Source: Octopus vulgaris (lineage: Eukaryota). Taken from it: a stretch of 64,000 nucleotides of DNA. The stretch spans positions 27,962,001 to 28,026,000 of the forward strand of contig OX597827.1 of assembly GCA_951406725.2 (NCBI GenBank). The letters are read 5' to 3'. Shown in pieces: positions 42,640 to 57,071 of this stretch. The notes beneath the pieces are model-generated. The model did not search any database, was not told where the DNA came from, and worked only from the letters and a program-made list of their open reading frames with translations. Positions within the stretch are counted from its first letter, which is position 1, and every line of letters begins with the position of its first letter. A program made the position numbers and the translations under genes.

Positions 42640-43700
42640 GTTAATTACGTGACCAACAGGGGTCTAACAGGGGGAAATTATGCCTAAACATGAGCGCAGC
42701 GCATGTGAATATCCGACATGCTTTGAGTCGGGAGAAGAATTGAGCTGATGCAGACGTGTTGCAAAACAAGGGAGTACATGTGCAGAACAGAGGTGCATGA
42801 GTGCAATAGGACTTGCTAGGCTGAAATACAGTGTACAGTATTGAATATGCCAGTGATTAATGCAGTAAGGCTGAGGCTACCAGCCAGTGCTTGAGCTATT
42901 ATATGCCTCGGTCGTGCAGGAACAAAAGTGTGGCATGCTGGCGCGTTGTAAGGGACAAACAACTTTCTCTATGTATGTGTGACCGATCTAGGGTCTTACA
43001 GAGATGAGTTGTGTTTACAAGGGCACATTGAGCATGGAAAACAAGCGAGAAAGGCATGTGTGGCGTATGAATGTGACAGAGATAGCATTTGTGTGTGTAT
43101 TAACTATGTGTGTTCGTGTGTGCTACAGAAGTACAAACAAGGTGTATGCGGGCAAAGCAAAATACAGCGCATAGGAAACGTCTCTCAGGGTATTTCAGAC
43201 AAGATGGAGTTAATTTACCAGTTCGTAGTAAAGTACATAATAGCAGTTCGTTCTGTAACAGGATGTTCGGATCACAAGTGCAGATGCCGGTTGAACACAT
43301 GTCGTGTAGCAGTTGTGGCTTCAATGCTGAGCCACGTTACATTGGTACAGAAGATCTCGCAGGTAGTGCTGTGCTGTTAACCTCGGTGAAAATCATAACA
43401 GCGTGAAAGCTAAACCTGAATGAGTGCTATGTACATATTAGTGTTGCTGGAGATGAAGGCGACGGAGATGGAGACGACGTGAAGGTGAAGGACGACGATG
43501 GTGATGGCGACGGCAGAGAAAGGCGACGTTGAGATGAAGGCGTCGGTGGCGTTGCTGGTGTATGTTAGCGTCGTCATTGGCTGGAGCAGGAACATGACTG
43601 GCTGGTCTGGTCGTCTGTCGCTGGAACTGGAACATGGTTGAGTGTGGATGAAGACTGCGGCGGATTGATTGGTTCAGACTAGGTAGAAACTAGATTTTAG
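42640..43700 (-). mobile_element. heavily degraded Ty3/Gypsy remnant (gag-like RS/P-rich segment, then integrase-like)
   Basis: RRPSPSRR-type gag tail; LLHDMCSTG (cf. LLCDVSTG); TTEA..AQA (cf. TAETVAQA); HQL (cf. FHRQLK); many frameshifts. Confidence 0.45.
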
Positions 43701-44424
43701 CTAAGTGTCCTATGGTCTATGACCAGAACTCGGGAAACTTGGTTGAGTCCTCATCTTATAAAATGTGGCCCCAGTAGACCCAAATGAAATCGGGTTATAT
43801 TAACCAAAATGTGAAAAGGGGTCTAAATGGGGCTGGAAGGGGATTAGAATTTAAAGGAGCGGGTGTTTAGCAATTCTCTGTTACATCAAGCTAAAAAATT
43901 TGCGCCAGCCTTTTAATCGTCAATGTGTTGCCGTCCATGATGAAGAAGTTTTGAATGCTTGCCATCGTCAGTCTACTGTCGTGAGAAAGAATCAATTCAA
44001 AACTTGGTTTTTAGGGATTTTCTTTTACATCAAGTTCAAAATTTTACGCCAGCCGTTGAACTGTCAATACGTTGCTGTCCGTCGTTAAGAAATGCCAGCC
44101 ATGGTGACTCTACTATCCTCAAATTCTATGCCTTCAAACTTTGGTTTCCAATATTTTATTATTTTTATTCAGCTCGCAAGTTCGTCTGTCCCTTTTAAAT
44201 GTTAGAGTTTTGCTGTCTGCCTTGAAGCAGACCTTTCCGTTGTTACTGCCTGATATTTATGATTGATCTTTCTAAATATTTTATTTCTCAACTTACTCAA
44301 GATCTTTTGTTGTTTATAAATGGGAGAGAGATAGATAAAGATAGAGAGTAAGAGAAAGCGAGGGAGAGTCCGAGAGAAAGGAAGAGTAAGAGAGTGGGAA
44401 AGTGAGAGTGAAACAAAGAGGGAG

Positions 44425-44735
44425 AATCATCATCATCATCGTTTAACGTCCGTTTTCCGTACTAGCACGGGTTGGACAGTTTGACAGGGGTCTGGGAAGC
44501 CAGGAGGCTGCACCAGGCTCCAGTCTGATCTGGCAGTGTTTCTACAGGTGGATGCCCTTCCTAACGCCAACCACTCTGTGAGCGTAGTCGGTGCGTTTTT
44601 CCTGCCGCCGGCACAGGTGCCAGGGGGGCTTGCAGCGGCCACGATCGGTTGGTGCTTTTTACGTGCCACCAGCACAGAAGCCAGTCTAGGCGGCGCTGCA
44701 ATCCGTCACGTTCGGATGGTGCTTTTTACGTGCTG
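44425..44735 (-). mobile_element. SINE/RTE-tail-type repeat ending in (GAT)n
   Basis: Minus strand TGGTTGGCGTTAGGAAGGGCATCCACCTGTAGAAAC...GGACGTTAAACGATGATGATG. Confidence 0.65.
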
Positions 44736-44770
44736 AAAGGAAGCAACAGAAAGTAACAACCACACTCTTA

Positions 44771-44801
44771 CCCGCGCGTAGAGCGGGTCACCTTCAGCTA
44801 G
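44771..44801 (+). mobile_element. Helitron-like 3' terminus
   Basis: Hairpin CCCGC-GCGTAGA-GCGGG, ~10-nt spacer, CTAG followed by (TA)n. Confidence 0.55.
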
Positions 44802-46210
44802 TATATATATATATATATAAACAGGAAAGAAAATAGTTTTTTGTGTTCAAACTCATTTCCTAATTATGGTGTCGTTTAAACGATATCATAAACACAGAAA
44901 AATGAAATTTTTCTACACGACTCATAAATATAACACCAGAGGCATAACGAAATCAATGGCAGGGCCAAAAATCGAACCTGACCAGTATGTAAGTCAGCAG
45001 GTGAAACAGAATCAATGCACTTGATAACGAGACAAAAGTCGGGTCCTTGTGCCCTTTGGAAAGTTACATGTCGATATGCAAAAACGGCAATATTTTCTTT
45101 CCCCACGATAACATCTCGTGGAATCAACGATTATTTTGGAGAATTACTAAGGTATGAATAGCAAATTAAAGATACAGGATTTATGTTAAAACTTTTTTTG
45201 GATAAAGTAATCTAATTAAGCTACTGGGCTCATACCTCGAAAATAGATTTTGTGTTGTCTCTATATTATATATTTTAATTTGACTTTGGTTTTATTTTTA
45301 GTTGTTGTAATTTTATTCATGTTAGGTTTTATATGAATAGCTTTTTATCTCCGGATTTAAAATACTCAGAACGCTCTGAATAACACATTCAAATTTTTTA
45401 CCAATGACGGTCTCATCACCCGGGGGCCTAACCACCATCACTGGGGGTCTAAACACAACAACCAAAATATTACGCAATTTAGGGCAACCTAAATATGATT
45501 AAAAAACAATTTCCTGCTATTCCCCCAAATACTTTAATGAAATACTATGACATTTGTGAAATGTAAGAAATGTACAATCGGTGGCCAAATTGCTAAGAAG
45601 TTCATTTTGTTGTCACGAGGTCCTGGATTCGATCAGAGTGCGTTGTTTTAGGCAAATGTGGTTTTCTGTATCGTGGAGTTGCCCCCGTACCTTGTGAGTT
45701 AACTTGAAACACAGAAGCTTCATAGTAATCTGATGAGCGTATTTTACCTGTAACTCAAAAGTTTCGGCTTTCTCACACACTGTGTGCCACGCTATTTTTT
45801 CCGGGTTTCACGTTAAGGATACACGTGACTGTGGAGTGCTCAACCACATTAGGAGCGAGCATAGTTGTATGGTAAGAGGTTTGCGTCCCAGTTACCTTGT
45901 TCCGAGTTCAGTCCCTCTGCCTGAAGTCTTCGATCAATGTCTTCAAGTATAGCCCCGGGTGACCAGCATTTGCGTGTGGTTCCGATTAGCAAAAACTGAA
46001 AGAAGCTCATCGTGTGTCTATGTTCGTGTGTGTGTGTGTTTGTGTACTCGTGTGTGTGTGTGTGTGTGCGTTTGTGTGCATGTGTGTGTGTATGCACCAG
46101 CATGGCCGCAGTCAAATGACTGAAACAAGTAAAAGAATAAAGGAGTAAAAAAATATATTTATATATTTATATATATACACACACATACATATATATATAT
46201 ACATACATAC

Positions 46211-46258
<48 letters not shown>

Positions 46259-46292
46259 GGTATGGTATATATATATATATGTATACGTATAC

Positions 46293-46344
<52 letters not shown>

Positions 46345-46787
46345 CACATACACAGACACACATATACACGTACGCACATATATCTTTGTGGTAGATTAAC
46401 TTTTAATTTCAAAGCTCTGTCAAGGATCAGACCACAGGTAAAGTTATAAAAAACCCTACGGCTGGTCATCAGGTCGTTAATGCCAGATCTCATACATCAT
46501 ATCAGATATATGGGACATGAAAGAGTAGCAGTGGGAGGTAGGATTAGATATACGCGGCACACCTGCATCACATTAAATAATATTCTGAAGGGGGTGCAGA
46601 GGCGGAAGTGGTAATGAGAATCTATAAAACTCTGATTGTGGTAATAAAAGGGAACGAAGGCTGGGGGTGTTGGGGTGTTGTGGTGGATAAAAGCGAGGCT
46701 GTAAACAGCAGGAGACAAGTGTAGAGAGACATACATAAATACAAAGAAATATACATACATACGTAAGTATGTATGTATGTATGTATG

Positions 46788-46894
<107 letters not shown>

Positions 46895-46951
46895 CATACA
46901 TATATATATGGATATGAGAGCCGACCATATTAATAAACTATATATATAAAC

Positions 46952-46988
<37 letters not shown>

Positions 46989-46991
<3 letters not shown>

Positions 46992-48830
46992 TATATTAAA
47001 TTAGAGATAAAACCACTATTAGGCAAATCAAACAGTGAAAAACATAAGCCAATACATAAAATTAATTTGAAAATATAAAAGTTAAAATTTTAAATTTTAA
47101 ATATATATATACAATATATATATATATATATGTATGTATATTTTTATATTTATATATTATTTTATTTATTAATTTATTTATTTATTAATTTTATATTTTT
47201 ATTTTTTTATTTGATTTATTTTATTTTATTTTTTTTAATTATATAAATATCAAAAGTATTAAAAGTTTAATAAAAGATAAAGAGTAAAACACTACGATCG
47301 TTTCATGGCTGTACCAATTCAAATAACAATAATTTAAATTCAATTAATAATTCGAATTATGGTAACAGTCAATCTTCAGGTTAATTGAAATATTTTTAAA
47401 ATAATCAGAAATATTTAAATAATATTTTTAAGACATAAATAATATAATAATTTTACTTATGATAAACTCTATTATCAAACTAGAAACTTAAAACTTAACA
47501 ATTATGATTATATCAAAATCGATTATAATGTTAAATATTAATTTTAAATTTTAAGGTAAGAAACCCACCAATAATCTAATATCGGTAATAGTCTATATCT
47601 ATTTACATAAATATTTTTTTTAAAAATGACTATTATATATAAATTATCAATGAAAATATATAAATGTATATAAATATTATAATTAAAATCTAAAATAATC
47701 TCTATAAATAAATATATATGCACATATAATAAAGACCTAATAAAGATGAAATAGCTCATTTCAAAAATACAAACAAACTTAAACGAACTTTCGGAAATCT
47801 CATATTTAAAATACTTATAGAAATAATCAATTCGTAGTTATATAGTATCGAACAAATACTATAAATACTATAAATATATTTATCAATGGGAATAAAACTA
47901 GCAAATATCAATTTAAAAAGACAATAACTAAGTTATGCTATTAAGTTAGACATGGCCTGGACCAATCACATATCTAAGTTTATCTAAGTTTATCTAAGTT
48001 TATCTAATAATTAATTATAAGAAATTTAAAACTATAATTAATGATATTAATACATGTATATACATAAACCTAACTTTAGACAATTCGTATACTTGCTATC
48101 AAACAACATATCTATCGCTAAGTAATATCTTACGAATAAACATAAATTTTATAATTATATAGAAAATTACGATAATTAGATCATTACATAAACAACGATA
48201 TTTACATTAAAAAAATATTATTACACCAAAGACTTATAAAATATTAAAATTTACAATTTAAAGATCTTAAATATAGATAAATACTTATCTTAGCGAGGTT
48301 TTGTGAGTTTATTATAAGTAAAATTATTATATTATTTATATCTTAAAAATATTATTTAAATATTTCTGATTATTTTTAAAATATTTCAATTGACCTGAAG
48401 ATTGACTGTAACCATAATTCGAATTGTTAATTGAATTTAAATTATTGTTATTCGAATTGGTACAGCCATGAAACGATCGTAGTGTTTTACTCTTTATCTT
48501 TTATTAAACTTTTAATACTTTGATATTTATATAATTAAAAAAAAAATAACATAAATAGAATTAAAAATAATAAATAAATAAAAATTTAAAGAAAATTAAT
48601 AAATAAATAAATTAATTAATAAATAAAGTAATATATAAATATAAAAATATACATACATATATATATATATATATATTAGTATGTATATATTTAAAATTTA
48701 TAAGTTTAAATTATTTAAATAATTTTTTAAATTTTAACTTTTACATTTTTAAATTAATTTTATGTATTGGCTTATGTTTTTCACTGTTTGATTTGCCTAA
48801 TAGTGGTTTTATATCTAATTTAATATAATA
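46989..48830. mobile_element. AT-rich fold-back structure with ~480-520-bp inverted arms (Penelope-type)
   Basis: 46989-47469 is the inverse of 48305-48830; each arm has CTGAAGA..TGAAA-CGATCG-TA (48392-48484 +, 47290-47382 -), with weak stem I. Confidence 0.75.
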
Positions 48831-48925
48831 TAATATAATATATTTATACTATAAAATTGGATTTAATCCTAAATCTATTTTTCCCTGTAAGTTTGGATTT
48901 ATTCCCTATTATTATTATTATATAT

Positions 48926-49520
<595 letters not shown>

Positions 49521-50002
49521 TATATATATATATATATACATATATATATTCACGCATATGTATATAGGTAGATAGACACTTCTAATTACTCATATATTCA
49601 TAAGCTCACATACAGACTAACAATAGAATTCCCTTATTGCTATCCTAGTGTTTGTAAACTGTGGTTCTAAGGTGGACAAATATCGCCCCTCCCGCCTCCA
49701 CCTCCGCTGCCGGATAATAATTTGCCTGCATCTCTTTATTTATGAGAAGACAAGAAACAAAAAAGAGTTTGCATTGATATAATTCTGCTTTGTAAACCAA
49801 GTTGCTGGACAACTATAGAATACTAGAATCCATCTACATTTTTAAAACGAAGTTATTTGCCGACTCCTTAGCAATTCTTATAGGGCGCTGGATGCACCGA
49901 TGTGTATGGAGCTCTGGCCTCAGCACATAATGAAATATATTCATTTAAACAACACTTGACCAGCTTATAGCATTAAGTAAAATATATAAGACTATCGCAT
50001 TG

Positions 50003-50073
50003 ATTCGGTGACATCTTGATCTAATGACGTCATCATCCAGTGACGTCCTGATACAATGACGTCATGATCCAAT
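50003..50073. repeat. 16-bp tandem minisatellite with CRE-like sites
   Basis: ATTCGGTGACATCTTG / ATCTAATGACGTCATC / ATCCAGTGACGTCCTG / ATACAATGACGTCATG. Confidence 0.75.
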
Positions 50074-50281
50074 CGCATTCACAGGCCAATGTACTCTGAT
50101 ACATGTCTAGGAGAATATCCTAAAGAGTTTATTTCCTGCAGTGAACGTACTTTCCACCACTGTACGTACTCGAACATACTTAATATGACTTTACACGAAT
50201 ATATATTATAATACGCTGTTTCATGCAACTCTCATACATACATACATACATACATACATACATACATACATACATACATAC

Positions 50282-50660
50282 AGAAAAATCTGCAGTTACT
50301 CTATCCAGATTACAAGTTCAGGTTTATTCCTGTAATTATTGGAGCACTGGGATATGTAACACACTGCCTACATACCAATCTTAAGAAATTAAGCTTAAAA
50401 AAGAAAGCTGATTCAAGCCATCACTGGAACTGTAAAAGGCTACAATTTTCCAGAAGTTTATCATTTAAGTATATATGAGCATGTCTAGATATGCAACTAT
50501 ATGCATGTGAATACATGCATAAAGCAAAACATACAAATCAGACATTCAAACAAAAATAGCCTGTTGTTGACGTTGAAATTCCAATGAAGGAGCCTTGGAT
50601 CTAGGTTAGAAACCGGTTCTTACTGTATGGGCAAGAAATCTTGAAATAAAACTGATTGCC
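50282..50660 (+). mobile_element. 3' end of an RLE non-LTR retrotransposon inside (CATA)n
   Basis: [24 protein letters not shown] resembles the RLE C-terminal IPVVIGALG motif; CATA repeats on both sides. Confidence 0.7.
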
Positions 50661-50787
50661 ATACATACAGACAGACATCCATCCATACATATGTGTGTGT
50701 GGGAAGGTGCAATCAAAATTTATAGCGTGTAAATATTTACCCCAATATTTCAATTTTTTAATTTTTTATTATTACTGTTTTTTTAGA

Positions 50788-51018
50788 GTGGTGAGCTGGC
50801 AGAAACGGTAGCACGCCGGGCGAGATGCTTATCGGTATTTCGTCTACCGTTACGTTCCGCGTTCAAATTCCGTCGACGTCGACTTTGTCTTTCACCATTT
50901 CGGGGTCGATAAATAAGTACCAGTTATGCGCTGGGGTCGATGTAATTGATTTAATCCCTTTGTCTGCTCTTGTTTGTTCCCTCTATGTTTAGCCCCCTGT
51001 GGGCAATAAAGAAATAAG
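50788..51018 (+). mobile_element. SINE family B
   Basis: GTGAGCTGGCAGAAACGGTAGCACGCCGGG...TTTCGGGGTCGATAAATAAGTACCAG. Confidence 0.8.
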
Positions 51019-51126
51019 TATGTCAATTTTTTAATGTTATTTTTCTAAGCTTGATCGACTTCGAAAATACGTTCACTCAAAGTTTCTAGATTCTTACGAA
51101 GTAAAGAATACATGTGTACGAGTGTG

Positions 51127-51167
<41 letters not shown>

Positions 51168-51489
51168 TGTAATAATAATAATAATCCATGGTTGGAATTT
51201 ATAAATATTTTAATGCATCGCCACGCGCGTTTCCATAAATCACATGTTTCTTATGATCATAGTCCCTACTCCTGGGGTGATTACAGTGTAGTCCGTAGTA
51301 TCCGTGGACATTGGGTAGATAATGTTCATGTATTCATTTCTTCGGACGAAATAACATTGATGAATGTTTAACTGAGTGTTGTTTACTAATTTTGACTCAT
51401 GTTGAGGTATGTGATCATTTCTCTGTATATTTGGTGGGAAGGAGTGGAAGGTGATGGAAAGAAAAGAAGGAATGGTAGTTATAAGGAGG

Positions 51490-52200
51490 TGGAGGTGTGT
51501 GGAACTGCCTCCTCAGACATATTCTTGTCTCTCATCCAATAGAAAAAACATTACCAGCAACTAAAAATGATCAAGGCGTCATGAGAACTTCTATATCTTT
51601 TACCTTGGCAATATTGGTGATCTTGGCTGCTCAGCTCATCAAGTGTGTCATGGCGCAAGTCTTACGTAACATCTCTTTGGACTTCTGCAGCCAAAGTCCG
51701 TCTGATTCTTAGTGCTAAGAAGATCAAATACATAAACATCAATGAAGATGAAAGCCAATTGCAAATTTGCTCCATCGACGGCACACAACTCAATATAGCC
51801 AGTAAGTCCATGTATGTTGGGTCTAATGTTGCTGACAGCGCGTGAGATTTTCTGACTAGTTTTGAGTCATTTTAACAAGCTTCAAAACATCTGACATCTA
51901 GTATTTCGAAATCTGAACCAAGATATCCCTGGAGATTATTCTTCCTTTTGGTGTACGAAACCTGGACAATGAATGAGGCGCTTGGAGATTGCCTCGATGG
52001 GATATACACACGACTTTTCATAAAGGCTTAAAATATCACATGGCGCGACAGTAAACCAAAGATAACGTTTATACTCACTCCATTCATCTGTATTGTTCGA
52101 GCTCAACGTATGAAATGCTTTGCTAGCTGCAGGTATCGTGATAAATAACAGTGACTATACGGACCATATGGGATGTTATAGTTCGAGGATTTGTACAACA
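51490..52200 (+). mobile_element. degenerate RTE-group LINE reverse transcriptase
   Basis: RSRRH..; SAAKVRLILSAKKIKYININ..DGTQL..YVGSNVADS; then ET(W)TMN..LDGIYTRL..NITW across frameshifts. Confidence 0.7.
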
Positions 52201-52997
52201 TATAAGACGACTTGAGCAACTCAACTACATTTTATTATTAGCAAAGATAGACGACACAAAATTAAGGACCAACCACAGAGAATGGGGGTGGAAGTGGGAG
52301 GATTCATAGCACGGTGTGGTGAAATGCATTTCGGAAGAGGATGTGGGCGAGTAGGTTCTAAACTTACTACTTAATATATATCACCGTCAAAAACTCTGGC
52401 TAGTATGCATTTATATGCATGTACACTTCTGGACTTTGTTATGATGTAAATCAATATTTTTCATTTTATATGTATTTGCTGATCTATAATGTTTTGCATT
52501 GTACTGTATTATTATTATTGTTGTTGTTATTATTATGTTGCTATTCCAATATATTATGCTGTTGATGTATTCTACCTTATTTTTTCCACATAATATGTAC
52601 TGTGAACCGCGTGATGCACATATTGTTTTGCTGGTATTATTGTTATTAATAATAATAATAGTATTAGTAACAATAGTGGTAATGGTAATAATAATGATAG
52701 TAATATTAATGGCAGTTTGTAACTTAATATAATGAACTCTTGACCTTGTATATATATATATGTACATTTGCATATAGATATGTGTATATTCTAATATATT
52801 GATTTGACCAACTGTAACCTTGAATATAGAATATATATATGTATATTGTTGTTTATTATTATGTATATGTATATATATATATATAGGAGCATGGGTATAT
52901 GCACTCATATGTATGTGTGTAATATATATTATGGGTATGTACCCACTCTTGTATGGGTGTACCTCCTCTGATATTCAAATTTAGATTGTACTTTATA

Positions 52998-53124
52998 ATC
53001 TCTGAAAAGGCCTTGAAATATTTTTGTAAGTGTCTCATTTATAACCACATATTAACTTATCACACCTAGCTAATATGGGCATAATTAGATACCTATATCT
53101 ACATGGCTGAAACAGCTGTAAGAT
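52998..53124 (+). ncRNA. type I hammerhead motif with long stem II insertion
   Basis: ATCT-CTGAAAA-GGCC...GGC-T-GAAA-CAGCTG-TA-AGAT; lies in an AT-rich PLE-like remnant at ~52400-53330. Confidence 0.6.
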
Positions 53125-53332
53125 GTAGTTTATATTTATATTTATATTTATTTATATACACTTATACATATTGTACTTATTGTATCATATTACTCATTGA
53201 TGTGCATTGTTTGTTCTGTACAATTATGTTTGACCTTGATGTTCGTATGTAGTGGGTTAATAAATTATGTGATTGGGTATTATCAGGTAGTTGATTATTG
53301 ATTGAGGTATATTTCTCCATTTTCTTATTTTG

Positions 53333-53363
<31 letters not shown>

Positions 53364-53451
53364 GCAACACACACACACATATATATATATACACAAATAT
53401 ATAAACATATATATATATATGCAAATGTATGTATGTAGTATATATGTATGA

Positions 53452-53483
<32 letters not shown>

Positions 53484-53593
53484 TTACATATATATATATA
53501 TACACATACATATATATACATAAATATATATATATATATATACATATATATATGTAGATGTATGCATGTAGTATATATGTATGTATGTATGCA

Positions 53594-53649
<56 letters not shown>

Positions 53650-53651
53650 AA

Positions 53652-56337
53652 TTTTTACAGGAAGATAGGAAAAACAGCAGTTACTGTAAGGACTGTACCA
53701 TCAAAAGAAGAAGTACAGGGATTTTGGAATAAAATTTGGGCAGAAGAAAAAACACACAACGAAATGGTCCCCTGGATTGATAGAATATCTACAGAACTGG
53801 ACTCCTTAGAAGAGCAAAAGTGGGAGGGTGTCAAGGTAGAAGATATAAGATCTGCTCTCAGGAGGTCAAGCAAATGGAAGTCTCCAGGAAAGGATAAAAA
53901 TTCCTAACTTCTGGCTGAATGCCTTCCCAGAGAGCCACGAACTGCTAACAGAACTGTACAATGATGTTTTGCAACACCCTAGTAGGGTGCCTCCTTGGCT
54001 AGCTAATGGGTTAACATTCCTGCTTCCAAAAAGTGAAGAAACAAATGAACCAAAAAACTATAGACCCATAACCTGCTTAACAACTATATATAAAACGCTA
54101 ATATCTGTCCTGACTGAATATACTTATAGTTTTTTAATAGACAGCAGCATATTCCCTAATGAACAGAAAAAGATGTAAACGTGGATCCTACGGTTGTAAA
54201 GATCAACTACTCATCAATAAGATGATCTTAGAAGATTGTCACAAACGACACAAACATTTATCAATAGCCTGGATAGACTATAAAATGGCTTTTGATAGCC
54301 TACCACATAGCTGGATTAAGAAATGCCTGGAAATGTATAAGATAGCACCTACTCTGCGAAACTTTTTGACAATAAGTATGAGATCATGGAGAACTACGCT
54401 AACTTTGAACAGTGACAATGAATCTCTAAATGCTGGTGATGTAAAAATTTCATGTGGCATTTTCCAGGGTGACTCACTATCACCACTCTTCTTTTGTTTA
54501 GCCTTAATACCTCTCTAAAACCAGCTCAATGACGCGCAGTACGGATATAAAATGTTTGATAAAAATATAAATCATCTCATTTACATGGATGATTTAAAGC
54601 TTTTTGCAAAAAATGACCAAGAACTCAAGGGCTTACTAGCGATTGTCAAACAATTCAGTGAAGACATCAGAATGCAATTTGGCCTCGATAAATGTGCAAA
54701 AGCTACCTTTATCAAAGGGAAAATGACAGAAACATCTAATGTTAACCTTCACCAGCAGAACGTCATAAAAGAATTAGACCCAGCGGAGAGCTACAAGTAC
54801 CTAGGGGTAATTGAAGGGGACGGAATTAGGCATTCAGAGGTGAAGGAAAGGATCAGGAGAGAATGCTATCGAAGAGTGAGAGCAATACTCAAGACAGAGC
54901 TGAATGCAAGAAACAGGATCGAAGCGATCAATGCATTAGCCATACCAGTCGTGACTTACAGTTTCAATATCGTTAACTGGTCAATTACTGAAATATGTCA
55001 GCTCGACAGGAAAATACGTAAACTGTTGACAATGCATAGAATGCACCACCCTAAGGCAGATACAGAACGACTTTATCTGCCAAGAAAAGAGGGAGGCCGT
55101 GGTCTTTTACAACTGGCAATAACAATGAAGATTGCTACAATTGGCCTAGACACCTACCTGAAAAACTCTGAGTACTGGATGTTAAAACTTGTCTCAAAAC
55201 ATGAAAACAAGAAAGCATCATAGTCAGTAACAAAACAGGCAAAGGAATATCTAAGTGAATTCCGAATACAAAAAATTTCGGAATTAGAGATAGACATACA
55301 AGAAACAAGCACAGAAAAAGTTAAGCGCATGAAAACCCTTGCTAAAACTGCGGTCTTAGATATTCTGAATGATAAATGGCAAGAAAAACCTCTCTATGGC
55401 AAATACCCAAAGAGAGCGAATAATGCAGATATTGACTAAGCCCTGACACATCAATGACTTATGGCCTCTGGCTTAAAATCTGAAACAGAAGGGTTTATCA
55501 TAGCAGCTCAAGATCAATGCCTACCAACAAGAAACTACCAGGCCAACATATTAAAGAACGGCAGAACCCCAACATGTCGTGTATGTCAACAACAAAATGA
55601 AACCATTGATCATGTTGTCTCCAAATGCAGTCTTCTAGCGCCTACAGAGTACCTCAACAGGCATGATAGAGCTGCACAATATATTCACTGGGTAATTTGC
55701 AAAAACTTGGATTTGCCCCATGAAAAAAACTGGTGGGAACACAATCCACCTCCAGTGCTTGAAAATGAGCACATCTCACTCCTCTGGAACTTCACCATTC
55801 AAACTGACAGAAAGATAGATGCAAATAGGCCAGACATCATATTGAAAGACTTCAGACAAAGAACATGCCTCCTCATTGATATGACTGTCCCAATCGATAT
55901 AAACGTATCTGTCAAGACCTACCAAAAACTGAGCAAATATAAAGATCTTAAAATAGAAATCAGCAAAATGTGGAACCTGAAGACTAAAACAATACCTGTT
56001 GTCATAGGTGCCCTGGGAATGATAGCGAAAGGGGCTGATTGCTACCTAACTCAGATACCAGGAAACCCCGAAATGGCAGAAATTCAAAAGATAGTGCTCA
56101 TGGGAACTGCTCATATCCTACGCAAAATACTCTCTATGTAACCTCAAGGTTTAAAACAAACAATTTTTTTTAAAATTTATTTATTAGACATTCACTAGTA
56201 CAACACCAAAAAAACCCCCCAAATATATGGCACACTGGGCATAACAACAACGTGAACTTCCAACCTGTTGTCTCTTGAGGTCTCTGGGTGAGACTTGGAA
56301 CCAACTTGTACAAACATAAAGCAAAAGTCAAACATAG
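53652..56337 (+). mobile_element. 5'-truncated R4/Dong-like non-LTR retrotransposon (RT plus RLE) with frameshifts and stops
   Basis: [62 protein letters not shown]; (AAT)n on both sides; highly similar to 23784-25456. Confidence 0.92.
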
Positions 56338-56444
56338 AACAATAAGAATAATAATAATTTGAAGGAATATTATTCCTACTTACAGGGAAAAATTTAATTT
56401 AGAAATACTAAATCAAATTTCAAAAAATATTATATATATATATA

Positions 56445-56890
56445 TTTATATACAAATAAATGAAAGAATGGAGTTGAACGACGAATTAACAAAATTCCTT
56501 TATTTTATTTTCGACATATGTTTCGAAGGCTGCATATTCCTAATTTCGAAGGAATAAGGGGTGCATTATGCCGCCTTCTCATCAGGAAAAGTAAGGAACT
56601 TATGTCAGCATCAAGATGCACAAAAAAATCTTTTAGATGACTGCCCGCACGGAGCCAATAGCGATAATTACCGCTATTGGTTCCGTGCGGGCAGTTATCT
56701 AAAAGTTTTTTTGTGCATATTGTTGCTGACATAAGTTCCTTACTTTTCCTGATGAGAAGGCGGCATAATGCACCCCTTATTCCTTCGAAATTAGGAATAT
56801 GCAGCCTTCGAAACATATGTCGAAAATAAAATAAAGGAATTTTGTTAATTCGTCGTTCAACTCCATTCTTTCATTTATTTGTATATAAAA
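56445..56890. repeat. ~445-bp spacer-less palindrome
   Basis: Centre TAATTA at 56665-56670; the outer ~160 bp of each arm appears identical. Confidence 0.92.
56744..56826 (+). ncRNA. canonical type I hammerhead ribozyme (mirror copy at 56509-56591 on minus)
   Basis: TTTTC-CTGATGA-GAAGG...CCTTC-GAAA-CATATG-TC-GAAAA; GUC site at 56821. Confidence 0.88.
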
Positions 56891-57029
56891 AAAAACACAA
56901 ATTTCCACGCGATAGCACGTGATCTCTACCCTAGGCATGTAGCTTCAACCGTGTTTTTCTGACGTGAATTTGCTACCCAGGTATCGGTTAACCGAATTAT
57001 CCATAATAAGATAATTCATTCAACTACTC

Positions 57030-57071
<42 letters not shown>

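Noticed and set aside
46380-46730. Possible decayed PLE end with CTGATGA on the minus strand
   Set aside because: Protein similarity is marginal and the GAAA half cannot be identified
53969-56141. Active autonomous Dong element or domesticated gene
   Set aside because: 5'-truncated, with several frameshifts and in-frame stops
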